Source: Bacteroidota bacterium (GTDB taxonomy: Bacteria; Bacteroidota; Ignavibacteria; UBA10030; UBA8401). From it: a stretch of DNA of 64,000 bases. The stretch spans positions 1,058 through 65,057 of the forward strand of contig JAJYOI010000004.1 in NCBI GenBank assembly GCA_021796275.1. Direction: 5' to 3'. The position numbers and the translations under genes are program-made. The notes beneath the pieces are model-generated. The model saw only the letters and a list, made by a program, of their open reading frames with translations, had not been told where the DNA came from and ran no database searches. Each line of letters starts with the position of its first letter. The stretch's first letter is position 1. Shown in pieces: positions 5,316 through 15,500 of the stretch.

Positions 5316-7886
5316 TTATGGCAGCGGTTGGTGTGCCGGATATTTTTTATTCCACGTCGGCTTGCTCACAAACTTTTCCCCGTCCCAGTACCGCACGCTC
5401 TGTTTCAGCTTTTCATAATATGCCGTACTCAGCGGCTTCAATTCAGTATGGCCGGCGCGGCGAGCTTCATCGTACGCTTTCTGAAATGAACTGTACGGCA
5501 CGACGCTTACAACTTTTAGTTGGCGATTGAGAGCGTAAATAATGCCTTGACCGTCTCGCATGTCTTGTGAGCTTACTTCGCGCGTATCTACACGAAACAT
5601 ATTTCCGCCTTCCAAATCAGCCGTAGGCTGATCAGACAATGTCTGAGGCTCTATACGATTCACGCTGTTATATTTTTCCTGTAAAAGACAGAGCTTCGTC
5701 GGCGGGAAAAGACAATAAAACAATTCCTGAACACGCGGCTCTTTCATAAATCCCTTAAATGCGACAGAGGTTTGTCCGGAAATATGATCCGGTTTCAATG
5801 CAGAAACAAAAGCAGCATTCTCAAAATTATTGACGCCTGCAAATAATAATTCTTGTTTTCCGTCGCCGTCAACATCGGTGGCAAAAAGTTTTTCTATTTG
5901 ACCGACATGCCAATAGTGCTGCAGTTCTGTTTTATGGATCGGGTCTATTTCTACAATGCACGAAGGATACGGTGAAGGATCACAAATCGCAGCAAAAATT
6001 TTTGGCTTGGTCGTGGAATCTCCGGAGATAACGGCAAAATCACTAATCACGGTGTTTATCGCCTTCATTCGTCCATTCTCAACGCCGGACAGGTCGAGAG
6101 AAAACGTATAGCGCCATCGTTCGGCGCCATCACCTGAATAACAGACAAGTGTGTTGGATGATCCGTTGTACAAGTATTTATGGTTGTAAAAATTTGTCAA
6201 AACTTCGTTCGTGCCATCGCCGTCAACATCGGCTATTAAGAACGGGCGAGGCGGTTCGGCTAAAAAGCTGTTGCTCATATTATAATCATCCATACCGATA
6301 TCTGGCTTTGTCCAAAGCTCTTCGCCACTTTCGCCGTACACTGCAAGAAGATTATTTTTTACTTCGGCAAAAGTCGGGTTGCCGGTTTTCGGCTTTACCG
6401 AAGGCACGTACTTTTTGTTCATCGTAGGATGATTGACAAACTTCTCTCCATCCCAGAAAAGAATTTCGTGGATCAGCTTGTTTGCATATTCATTCCCTAT
6501 TTTGTCTTTCAGCTTTCCTTCCCGCTCGAGCACTTCATGCCCTTTAATGAACGGGTTATCAAAGAGTAAATGGATTTTCATTACCGGAGAAATTGTGTAA
6601 TGGATTGTCCCGTCAAATTTTGATTTGGGGGTAACAAACACTTCCTGAACAACGGCAGTAAACGCACCATTGTTTTGTGCGTTTAATCTTGTCAGGTAGT
6701 TTGTCGGAACTTCTGGAGATAAAAGTTGTCCGTATTCCGTAAACGGAAACAAAAGATAATATTTTTCGTGAGCGGGAGGGCAGTTTTGAGGAACATAATC
6801 TCCACGCACAGGCGCATGCCCGTTTATGTTTGAAGGATCGAGAACAGCAAGAAAGGCACGGTTCCATGCATCATTGTTCCCGCCAATAAGCAATTCCTTC
6901 TTTCCGTCATTATCAATATCCATTGGAAGAGCCGCATCAATACCGCCGGGAACCCAGTATGCCTGCAAATCTTTTCCTGTGCGCGGGTCCATCTCAAACA
7001 ATTTGCTCGGCAGATATTCTGATCCTGCTGTCCCAAATAATCTCGGCTTTGAAGCAACATCACTGAATGTAAAAATAGAAGTGTACTGCCACGTCATATT
7101 CTTCGATGAATGTCTTTCACCGAACAAGACCGGCGCGCCGACAACACGCTTCCAGCGAAGTGTTCCATTATTATTAAAACATTTCAACGTATCGTCCCCC
7201 GTAATTTGAGAAGAGCTCCCAGCGAAAATAAGGACTTCGTTTTTCCCGTCACCATCTATATCTGCAACGAGCAATGTTTGGTTGTATGGCGTAGAGGTGA
7301 AACTCGAATTGTCGCCATAGCCTAACATGCTTTTTGTCCAGAGTTGTGCACCTTCACTATTATAGACCCTCAGAACATAGTTCGTGAGCTTAGCATAAAC
7401 GGGATTGGTGTCTGATTTTGGCTGAAAAAGCATCACCAAAGTAAAAACAGCGGCAGCAACGATTGATGCAAAGCCGGTCGCACGCACAGGATACCGGCGT
7501 GCATACTGCACAAACCGAACAGAAAGTGTCCGGCGCCCTTCCCCAAGGGGGCTTTCAGCAATAACTTCAAACAATGGATTGGAAATTTCCTGTTTCTCTG
7601 TCGCCTTTGGCGTCATGTTCCATTTTCGTGGTAAACCAAGCACAGGAAGAAAAAACTGTTTCTTCTCCAAAAGTCTGTCGGCAAGCTCATAGTCTGCTTG
7701 CGTCGGGGGATTTTCGAGCGCTTTGTCGAGATCGGCATAGAAATTCCGCATCTGTGTGACAAATTCCGCCGCGAGAGGATTTTCACTCACGTAGAGTTCT
7801 ATCGCGGCTCGTTCTTCTCCGCTCAATCGTCCGGGGAAGCGAGCGTAGAATTCAAGCTCGTATTCCGTGTAGTGTTTTCTTTCCAT
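5316..7886 (-). CDS. membrane-anchored anti-sigma-like protein with two tandem FG-GAP/VCBS-type repeat modules
   Basis: The N-terminus (HYTEYELEFYARFPGRLSGEERAAIELYVSENPLAAEFVTQMRNFY) resembles an anti-sigma domain without the Zn ligands. There is one TM helix (FASIVAAAVFTLVMLF). Two homologous modules of about 340 and 355 aa follow, each with Ca-binding-like DxDxDG motifs (DIDGDGKNEVL, DIDNDGKKELL / DVDGDGTNEVL, DVDGDGKQELL). Each module ends in WDGEKFVxxPxxNKKY. Confidence 0.8.
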   Translation of the reverse strand: MERKHYTEYELEFYARFPGRLSGEERAAIELYVSENPLAAEFVTQMRNFYADLDKALENPPTQADYELADRLLEKKQFFLPVLGLPRKWNMTPKATEKQEISNPLFEVIAESPLGEGRRTLSVRFVQYARRYPVRATGFASIVAAAVFTLVMLFQPKSDTNPVYAKLTNYVLRVYNSEGAQLWTKSMLGYGDNSSFTSTPYNQTLLVADIDGDGKNEVLIFAGSSSQITGDDTLKCFNNNGTLRWKRVVGAPVLFGERHSSKNMTWQYTSIFTFSDVASKPRLFGTAGSEYLPSKLFEMDPRTGKDLQAYWVPGGIDAALPMDIDNDGKKELLIGGNNDAWNRAFLAVLDPSNINGHAPVRGDYVPQNCPPAHEKYYLLFPFTEYGQLLSPEVPTNYLTRLNAQNNGAFTAVVQEVFVTPKSKFDGTIHYTISPVMKIHLLFDNPFIKGHEVLEREGKLKDKIGNEYANKLIHEILFWDGEKFVNHPTMNKKYVPSVKPKTGNPTFAEVKNNLLAVYGESGEELWTKPDIGMDDYNMSNSFLAEPPRPFLIADVDGDGTNEVLTNFYNHKYLYNGSSNTLVCYSGDGAERWRYTFSLDLSGVENGRMKAINTVISDFAVISGDSTTKPKIFAAICDPSPYPSCIVEIDPIHKTELQHYWHVGQIEKLFATDVDGDGKQELLFAGVNNFENAAFVSALKPDHISGQTSVAFKGFMKEPRVQELFYCLFPPTKLCLLQEKYNSVNRIEPQTLSDQPTADLEGGNMFRVDTREVSSQDMRDGQGIIYALNRQLKVVSVVPYSSFQKAYDEARRAGHTELKPLSTAYYEKLKQSVRYWDGEKFVSKPTWNKKYPAHQPLP
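5617..5646. repeat. twin 15-nt mini-palindrome inside the 856-aa CDS
   Basis: TCAGCC-GTA-GGCTGA (5617-5631) is directly followed by TCAGAC-AAT-GTCTGA (5632-5646). It encodes ..QTLSDQPTAD.. on the minus strand. Confidence 0.85.
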
Positions 7887-7950
7887 TGCTTATACTATAG
7901 CTTGCTAGTACTTGTACTATTTCTACATTTCACAGCACATTCAGAATTTT

Positions 7951-9012
7951 TTACATTGTATCATTCAATAATAAAGCAAACTGTTCTTTTGCAAGCTTTA
8001 CTAAGTATTCTGCCTGCGTTCGCCATTGCTGTTGATACTCCTCGTGCGTAAGTGAGAAGGATTTTCTCACACTTTGTTCCACAGAGCAACGGCTACCGTC
8101 GGTTTGCCGGAATCCGGCAATGATTTCTTTCACCGCAAAAAAGAGCTTTTCGGCGTCCTCGCGGTTTGAAATTTTCTTCGGGAAGTATTTTTGAAAAATG
8201 ATCTTGTTGATAAACAAAAGAACATCTTTTTCTACCGCAGCGAAACCGTCTGCGGAAAATCCCGGCTCTGGCTCAATCGGCGGTTCACCATCGGTTCCCG
8301 CATAAAATTTCCGCACAATTTGAACAAGGTCGGTCAACAGTACAGACCGGCGATACTGTTGCACACCCCCTTGGGACCGCCGGTCACAGAAAACCGATGA
8401 GAGAGCGGCAAGAATATCCGGGATGTTGAATGAGTGGTTCATGCGGGAAAGCAATTCCCGCTCAAGAACATCGGGCGGTAATTCCGGTCGAAAATCCCCT
8501 CGTGATCGGACACCCGCTTTAGACTGATGCGGATTGGTATTGTCGCTTTTCAGTTGTAGAACTTTGCCGCGGAAGCCGTCTATAAGCTCTAACGCCGGTG
8601 AACGTTTTGCTCCTTCACTGAGGTTACGCCGGATTTTCGCGCCGACCGGATCTGCTTCTGCGTACGTTTTATACAATCGTGAGGAAGCTTTCTTCAGCAC
8701 AATCTTTTTGAACGCAAGATAAAGATGCCCGGCATCAGTTTCCCGAAGAGAGGGAAAAGACGAAATGAACTTCTCCAGTTCAAAAAATCTGCCATCACCG
8801 TTTTTCGCAAAAATGTCGGCGATAATATCTACTTCAAGATCAAAGACAGAAACACCCTCATGCTCGCACAGTAACAGAATGGAAGTACGCTGGTGTAATA
8901 ACAGTGTTCCCGCAAGGTGCCGGCAAAAGTTTATGAGCGCAGCTACATCGCGGCGGGCAATTGTTTTACTTTGAACAGACACTAAGATCGATTTGAGTTG
9001 ATCCTCTGTCAC
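7951..9012 (-). CDS. hypothetical protein, possibly a long divergent ECF-sigma-like regulator
   Basis: The open frame runs 7951..9096 (the track start is a TTG). I prefer the GTG at 9012 because GAAGGAGAG lies 3 nt upstream. DLEVDIIADIFAK...FELEKF...HLYLAFKKIVLKKASSRLYK resembles sigma region 2. The C-terminal CSVEQSVRKSFSLTHEEYQQQWRTQAEYLVKLAKEQF resembles a region-4 HTH. The family assignment is by eye only. Confidence 0.6.
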   Translation of the reverse strand: MTEDQLKSILVSVQSKTIARRDVAALINFCRHLAGTLLLHQRTSILLLCEHEGVSVFDLEVDIIADIFAKNGDGRFFELEKFISSFPSLRETDAGHLYLAFKKIVLKKASSRLYKTYAEADPVGAKIRRNLSEGAKRSPALELIDGFRGKVLQLKSDNTNPHQSKAGVRSRGDFRPELPPDVLERELLSRMNHSFNIPDILAALSSVFCDRRSQGGVQQYRRSVLLTDLVQIVRKFYAGTDGEPPIEPEPGFSADGFAAVEKDVLLFINKIIFQKYFPKKISNREDAEKLFFAVKEIIAGFRQTDGSRCSVEQSVRKSFSLTHEEYQQQWRTQAEYLVKLAKEQFALLLNDTM

Positions 9013-9430
9013 TGGCTCTCCTTCAGTACACCTGCCTGTCAACAAACAGGCGTGAATACCATGCACAGCAAACACAAACCGTGCGTAAAATGCCAAACTC
9101 GTTCCTCATTGTCAAGAATTTTTTAAGTGACCTGCCGAAAGCTTATGAAAAATGGGCAGTACGGGCAATGCCCCCGCATCCCCCGGAATTCCGAAAAGCG
9201 AGCACCCTGAACAGACGAATTCTCGAACACAGGCTCAACCGAGAGCTAACCGAGAGGTGACCGAGAATGAACCTTAGAATATCCCATGTACTTTGTAATG
9301 ATTGCTCATTGCCGCTTTCCTTAGAGCAATTGCAGGTAATAGTGCATTTTGAATTATAGGCTCAAGAATTTAACGCAACAAAGTATCCAAGAGAGTATTT
9401 TGTTGTATATTAAATCAGAAGGAGAAAAAA

Positions 9431-9610
9431 TTGAAAGAGAGCGGAAGATATATCGCCCTGATCATCATATTCGGTGCAACGGAATTAACCGTGTTCACAA
9501 AAGATGTAAGGGCGGTTGATGTGGTTGGGCTGTTGGCAACCGGCGCTGTCGTTGCTATTTCCATAGAACGTATCATTGTTGCGCTGAAAGCAAAAAAAGC
9601 GGCAAGCTAA
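9431..9610 (+). CDS. small two-TM membrane protein (59 aa), below the ORF-track cutoff
   Basis: A TTG start is preceded by GAAGGAGAAAAAA. The translation is LKESGRYIALIIIFGATELTVFTKDVRAVDVVGLLATGAVVAISIERIIVALKAKKAAS*, with two hydrophobic helices and a basic tail. Confidence 0.45.
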   Translation: MKESGRYIALIIIFGATELTVFTKDVRAVDVVGLLATGAVVAISIERIIVALKAKKAAS

Positions 9611-9805
9611 TACACCTGAGCAGTTGCGCAGCATTCCTTCGCTCACCACGTAAGAAGCGCGGGACGGATAAACGTTCAACCATTCTCCGAACGTTAGCGG
9701 CGAAGGATTGCAACGAAGGCATCGCTCACGATGCAGGTATTCCGGCAAGGTTTTCGATGTTTAAGTAGCAACGGCTCATTTTAGATATTCAAACTAACCA
9801 ACAAC

Positions 9806-10618
9806 ATGGAATCCGAAATGAACATCATCGATCTGGACGAGAAGCATCTCCCGCTTTATCTCGTTTGTCTGGAAGACTGGTCAGACGAGATGAAAGAGGC
9901 GGGCAATCACAAAGAAATCTGGTACAACAGAATGAAAGACAAAGGCCTCCGCGTGAAGTTGGCGCTGGACGATGAAGGCGTTGTCGGCGGAATGATCCAG
10001 TATGTTCCGATCGAATACTCGCCTGCTGAGGGGAACGATTTGTATTTCATCAATTGTATTTGGGTGCACGGGCACAAGCAAGGAAGAGGCAGTTTTCAGC
10101 ACCGCGGCATGGGCACGGCGCTTCTCAATGCTGCCGAAGCCGATGCACGTGCGCTGAATGCGAAAGGAATAGCGGCGTGGGGTTTGCTGATCCCGGCGTT
10201 CATGCGCGCATCGTGGTTCAAGAAGCACGGTTACCGTACTGCCGACCGTCAGGGCATGCAAGTGCTTTTGTGGAAACCGTTCACTGCCGACGCACCTCCT
10301 CCGAAATGGATTCAGCAGAAAGCACAGCCGGCGCTTGAGCCGAATAAAGTCACCGTCACCGCTTTCTGCAGTGGCTGGTGCCCTGTCCAGAATCTGGCGC
10401 TTGAACGAGCCAAAAAGGCGGCTGCCGAGCCTGAACTTTCAGACAAGGTAGCGTTTCGTGCAATAGACACATTTGACAGAAATGAGTTTTTGAGGCTTGG
10501 TATATCGGACGCATTGTTCATCAATCGCAAAGAGGTACGCACGGGACCTCCGCCTTCATACAACAAGATACGAAGGCTCATCGCGAGACAGGCGCACAAG
10601 CTTAAAACGAAAGAATAA
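9806..10618 (+). CDS. GNAT-family N-acetyltransferase fused to a thioredoxin-like C-terminal domain
   Basis: The GNAT core reads VVGGMIQYVP...IWVHGHKQGRGSFQHRGMGTALLNAAEADA. The C-terminal part starts with beta-strand VTVTAF followed by CSGWC, a thioredoxin-fold-like CxxxC. Confidence 0.7.
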   Translation: MESEMNIIDLDEKHLPLYLVCLEDWSDEMKEAGNHKEIWYNRMKDKGLRVKLALDDEGVVGGMIQYVPIEYSPAEGNDLYFINCIWVHGHKQGRGSFQHRGMGTALLNAAEADARALNAKGIAAWGLLIPAFMRASWFKKHGYRTADRQGMQVLLWKPFTADAPPPKWIQQKAQPALEPNKVTVTAFCSGWCPVQNLALERAKKAAAEPELSDKVAFRAIDTFDRNEFLRLGISDALFINRKEVRTGPPPSYNKIRRLIARQAHKLKTKE

Positions 10619-10632
10619 TCAGAACGAATACT

Positions 10633-11061
10633 ATGACGATCACTGTTCCTACTGACAGAGAAATCTTTGAGGGAGAAATTGCGGCATATTGGTTTGACGA
10701 CGGAATACTGGTCTCGCTTTCGAAAAGCATTCTGCGGACTGTCGAGAATATTGCGGGCAATGTTGCACTGATCAAGCGCATTACCAACAATACACGAATG
10801 CCGCTGCTGATCTATCTGGCAAATTCTCCTGTCCCCGACAAGCAGACAAGAAAGTTTTCAACGGAACAACTCCCGGTTATTTATTCGGCGATGGCAATGG
10901 TGTCAGAGCCGGGACTTGCTAAATTCATCATGAACATTTTGTTTGCACTGAAACCGCCGCCGATCCCGATGAAAAGTTTTACCGATGACAACAAAGCGAA
11001 AGAGTGGCTGAAACAGTTTCGCACAGAGGCGCACAATGAGAAGGGAATGAATCCTTCATGA
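10633..11061 (+). CDS. STAS/SpoIIAA-like domain protein of unknown function
   Basis: 142 aa. The pattern AAYWFDDGILVSL...MPLLIYLANSPVPDKQTRKF...AMAMVSEPGLAKFIMNI is typical of the STAS-like (DUF3478/DUF7793-type) family. Assignment is by eye. Confidence 0.55.
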   Translation: MTITVPTDREIFEGEIAAYWFDDGILVSLSKSILRTVENIAGNVALIKRITNNTRMPLLIYLANSPVPDKQTRKFSTEQLPVIYSAMAMVSEPGLAKFIMNILFALKPPPIPMKSFTDDNKAKEWLKQFRTEAHNEKGMNPS

Positions 11062-11447
11062 ATCAACAACTCGCCAAACTGATTGAACGCCTTGAAACCG
11101 AACTGCTGCAGCCTGACGTTCGTGCATCGGCAAAAAAACTTAACGGGCTTCTTGCCGATGATTTTTTGGAATTCGGTGCATCAGGCAGACAGTATCGTAA
11201 GCAGGACATCGTAACCCATTTGCCGATGCTCGCCAACGCACATTACACAATTCACGATTTTGCTATCGTGGAACTCTCAGGTTCTATTGTGCTGGCAACA
11301 TACCGTGCAGAAAAAGAAGAGAAAGAAAACGGCAGAAAAACTTTTTCCTTACGAAGTTCGCTCTGGCAAAAGCGTAACGGCGCGTGGCAAATGCTTTTTC
11401 ACCAAGGAACGCCGGTCTCTGAGCAGCCGCACGCCGCAATAACCTGA
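11058..11447 (+). CDS. NTF2-like / DUF4440 family protein
   Basis: LLADDFLEFGASGRQYRKQDI...SIVLATYRAE...RSSLWQKRNGAWQMLFHQGT matches the DUF4440 (SnoaL-like fold) pattern. There is a 4-nt overlap with the upstream gene. Confidence 0.75.
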   Translation: MNQQLAKLIERLETELLQPDVRASAKKLNGLLADDFLEFGASGRQYRKQDIVTHLPMLANAHYTIHDFAIVELSGSIVLATYRAEKEEKENGRKTFSLRSSLWQKRNGAWQMLFHQGTPVSEQPHAAIT

Positions 11448-11465
11448 CCAGCAGCTTAACGCTTG

Positions 11466-12380
11466 TTAAAACTTCAGCGACATGTGAAGTTCAGGCACCA
11501 CTTCCTGCCCGCCGCCAATGTTCTGCAAACGCATTCCCATCTGCGCCTCGAATGTTTTGTTGTATGAATTCGCGGAGAGCGCCGCATCAACCGCGCTGAA
11601 CAAGTGGTTCACCACAACAATCCCGGTTGCAACGCCTGCGGCGTAATAATAATTGTTCGCCTTTCCCCTGTCGACGGCGTAATTCAGCATTTGTTGAGGC
11701 ACGTAAGAATCATACTGCTTTAGGTCAGAGGGTGGAATGCCTCCATTATTTTCGGCGGTTACTCCGTTGACTTCATACTGATCCCACCCGAATTTGTATT
11801 GGTTATATTTCCCGATCAATTCGTAGTACTGCTGCTCGCCGTATTTGGGAAGCTGGTGCGAGAACCCTTCGGAATGTTCAGCACTGCTTTCCCACGCATT
11901 AATCGTAGAAAAATCATGGTTCTTGTCAATTGCGTCATAATCTGCTTGTGTAGGAGAAAAATTGGTCGGTCCATAGTCGCTCACGCCGTATGCTGCAATC
12001 CACTTTGCGTAGCGAAGTGCACTCCAGTGCGCGTTCGCGTACGCCTCAAACTGGCTGGTCTTCGAATCTCCTTTGTTATTGTACATGATCGCCACAGCAA
12101 TCGCTGCAACTTCAGCGGAGAAAAAGATCGCGCTCTTGATATAACTTCCCGAGTAAAACTCTCCGGCGCCCGGAACAAGCAGCGACAAGGCTCCCGCCAA
12201 CAGCGGCTTTTTCAATTTTCCTTCGTCAACATTCTGCACCATGATATACCGCGTAACAGTTGATGAATCTGCGTTCATCCCAGATATTGCCAACAGATCA
12301 AGGCGCGCGTTGCCGGTAAGGTTTCGTTCACCGGCAAGAACGGTTAAGGGAAACAGAAGGAACAACGCTATAGTTTTCAT
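11466..12380 (-). CDS. hypothetical secreted/membrane protein (DUF5683-like)
   Basis: Signal peptide MKTIALFLLFPLTVLAG. The hydrophobic segment LLAGALSLLVPGAGEFYSGSYIKSAIFFSAEVAAIAVAIMY resembles the PGxGQxY motif of DUF5683. The protein ends ...HMSLKF. The ATG at 12380 is preferred over the GTG at 12386. Confidence 0.65.
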   Translation of the reverse strand: MKTIALFLLFPLTVLAGERNLTGNARLDLLAISGMNADSSTVTRYIMVQNVDEGKLKKPLLAGALSLLVPGAGEFYSGSYIKSAIFFSAEVAAIAVAIMYNNKGDSKTSQFEAYANAHWSALRYAKWIAAYGVSDYGPTNFSPTQADYDAIDKNHDFSTINAWESSAEHSEGFSHQLPKYGEQQYYELIGKYNQYKFGWDQYEVNGVTAENNGGIPPSDLKQYDSYVPQQMLNYAVDRGKANNYYYAAGVATGIVVVNHLFSAVDAALSANSYNKTFEAQMGMRLQNIGGGQEVVPELHMSLKF

Positions 12381-12566
12381 AGTCACTCACCTTTATGTAT
12401 GAATTCACGTTACTCTGGAGAAAACCTCCGCCGCTTTACGTTTTGTCCTGCCGGACAAATAGCGACACGCAAAGAGGTTCCGTGTTTCCCGTTCCGAAGA
12501 GCGGGGTTAGTTACGTATCAAATTCGATACGCTTCTCCTTTTGCGTAACGCGAGTTTGAATACTCA

Positions 12567-15500
12567 TCAATCAATATCAAAACCGAACAGCACGCCGAAA
12601 TAAAATCTCCACTCCTTGCCGTACCTTGCATTCGCATAGCTGTTGACAAACGTGAACGAATCAAAGCCGTACGTCCCGTTGAAAAAGATTCTCGTCGGGT
12701 ACGCATAGAACGAATACGATTCAAGGCGCAATTCAAAACCGGCATCTTTTTTGAAATCCCTAATCACGGGATTGCCCGTCCAAGCGTCGCCAAAATCATA
12801 GTGCACCGAAGCGTACAATTTATCGAAATACAATTGCAGGAAACGGGCATCAATATTTTCCCACAGCGGAAAGCGGTACGTCAAATTTGCGGTAGCAATT
12901 TCATTGCCGCCGATCGCATAGAACGGATAGCCTTTCATTCCTGCTAAACCACCGGCATAAAAATCGAAAAAGTCCGGAACCCCCGGCCCAAAGATTGTTC
13001 CTCCGCGCAGCGAAAGCGACAGCGTATGTTTCCATCCGGGCAGTTGAAGATGCTCGGTGTACTTCATTTCTAATCTCGGAAAATCGTAGGGAACTAAATC
13101 CAAAGCGACACCAGAGTATTCAGATGGTTTGTAGACAGTATTACCAAGAGAATCGGTGAGTGTGTACTTATTATATTCCATATCTAACTTAAGATTGAAC
13201 TTGAGTCCAACAGGATTAATGTCGGCATCTCGTGATGGATGAATTGCTTCAAATTGGTATTGAAGGGAAAATTCGGTGCCGGTAAAATACAATTCGTTGG
13301 TCGCGGGAGAAAGATTCGTCGAATGTTGAACCACAAATGCACCAAACCCAGAGCTGTAACGACTAAATGTTGCACCGGCAGTTAATTCGTCTGCCCCACT
13401 AAACAAATGTTGTTTGAAAAACAAATCGAATTCCAAAAGACCTAGCGAAGTTTCAATCCCTTGATAATGATCAAGTCCTAGATTGAAACTTGCATCCGGA
13501 CCGCGGCGGGTTATGTTATAGACTTCGAACGAGACTGTTGGTGCCCAGCCCAATTGCCACAACCCTAAAATCCGGTCACGATATTCAAACTGGAAAAAAA
13601 TGTCGCGCTCAAGCTCGCGGTTAATTGCTGCACCTCCAAAGATGCTGTACTTATCCAGCATATCGGAAGAAAGAAAATAACCGCCGAGTTTAATATCGTC
13701 TAAACCTTTGTTCTTCGTGTTATAATTGTCAATACGAATAAGCGGAATGACGGAAAGGCTGCTGAAAATATTTCGGTATGACCGCGACGAATCATCAGGC
13801 AGTTTTGTATCGTCAAATGCACGGAGCTTATTCCAATCGAATTGATTCTCAACTGCCGTGTCGGATAACGACGCAAGCGGGCTGCTTTTCGGCGGAAGAT
13901 ATTCATCTCCGGCAAACCCCTGCGGCCCGGCGTTTTTCAAAAGAGCAATCTTGAATCCGGTTGAAGTGTACGACGCATAGGCAACATCGCCTTCCTGATT
14001 CACCGTCGGCATAAACGCGCCGCCAACCACATTGGTAACTTGTTGAATCGCCTTCGCCGCAACGTCGTAACTATATACGTTGAAAATTCCTGTCCGGTCG
14101 GAAACAAAAAGGATTTTCCTCCCGTCGGGCGAATAGACCGGATTGCGTGAATCGTCACTGCCGGGGATCAGATCTTCAAATTTTCCGTCGGCAACAGAAA
14201 CACGTGCGACATCCTGCGCATCGCGCGTTGCATAGCCGAAAACGATGGACAAGCCGTCGGGCGACCATTTCGGAGTGAAAACCTGTTCCCCTTCAGTAAA
14301 ATGTGTCAGCCGGCGAACGTTATTTCCATCTGCATCAACCACGCAGATATTCATCGTGCCGTCGGCTTCGGTCGCATAAGCAATTTCTTTTCCATCCGGA
14401 GAAACAGAAGGATTGATGGCGCGTGCGGCATGTGTGAGACGTTTTTCTTCACCGGTCGCAACATCGCACACATAAACATCAGAATAACCGGACCAGTACG
14501 GATTGTCACGCGTGATCTTCGCATAATAAATCTTCTTCCCGTCCGGCGACCACGACAGCGACGAATGAACCTTATCTATGATCTCTTTTTCAGTTTTCGT
14601 ACCGATATCATACACATAAACTGAAGAGAGTCCGAAATAATCTTCTTTTTTGTTCGACGCATAGGCGATTTTTTTTCCGTCGGGCGAAAATGCCGGATAG
14701 AAATTTCCGAAACCGACGGCAGCGATTTCATTTCCTTCCACTTTATGCTGAAGGATCGGCTCGGTGCGCTGTTTGTATTGCGCCGTGATATGTTCTTTCC
14801 ATTCATTGTACACTTCCCTGCCGCTCTTCCCGACGGCCCGCTCGATAGCGTCGCCAATACTGATTTCAGTAAGACGTGAAAGATTTTTTGCAATGCGGCG
14901 AAGCGCATCCTCGCCGTACGTTTCGGAAATATATTTCACCAGCGCAAAGCCGGCGTTGTACGACGATTCATTGCCGAGGCTTGTTTTACCGAACACGCTC
15001 ATCTCATCCCACGTGAGCATATTATTGTTGAGCGCGTACATGCGGAGAATCATGTCGCGGTGCGAATCCCACGAATCGTACCCAAGTTCGGGCCGATTGT
15101 ACTGCGCCACGCCTTCCGCAAACCAGCTCGGCACGAGAAAACCTGAAATCGGATACGACACGATCACGTTCGGATAACCATAGAGAACATCCTGGCGGCG
15201 TTCCGCTTCGTAGCCGAGCCATTGAAAATAAATTCCCGGTACCCGCCTGCCGAATTTCATTGACGTTTGAATCTGGACAATGTGCGTAAATTCGTGCGTC
15301 ACAACATTTCGCAGCCAGTCGTGCGTGCCGCGAAGATCGAAGTCAAGCGCCGGCGCCCAAATTTCAATTTTGTTGTCATAAAAATATGCGCCGCCGTTCG
15401 AATAATCGTCGTAATCTTTTACAACAATGCTCACTTTTTGATCCGGCTCGTGGCGATACAACGATGTAACCGGACCATAAATGTCTTCGGCAACTTTTGC

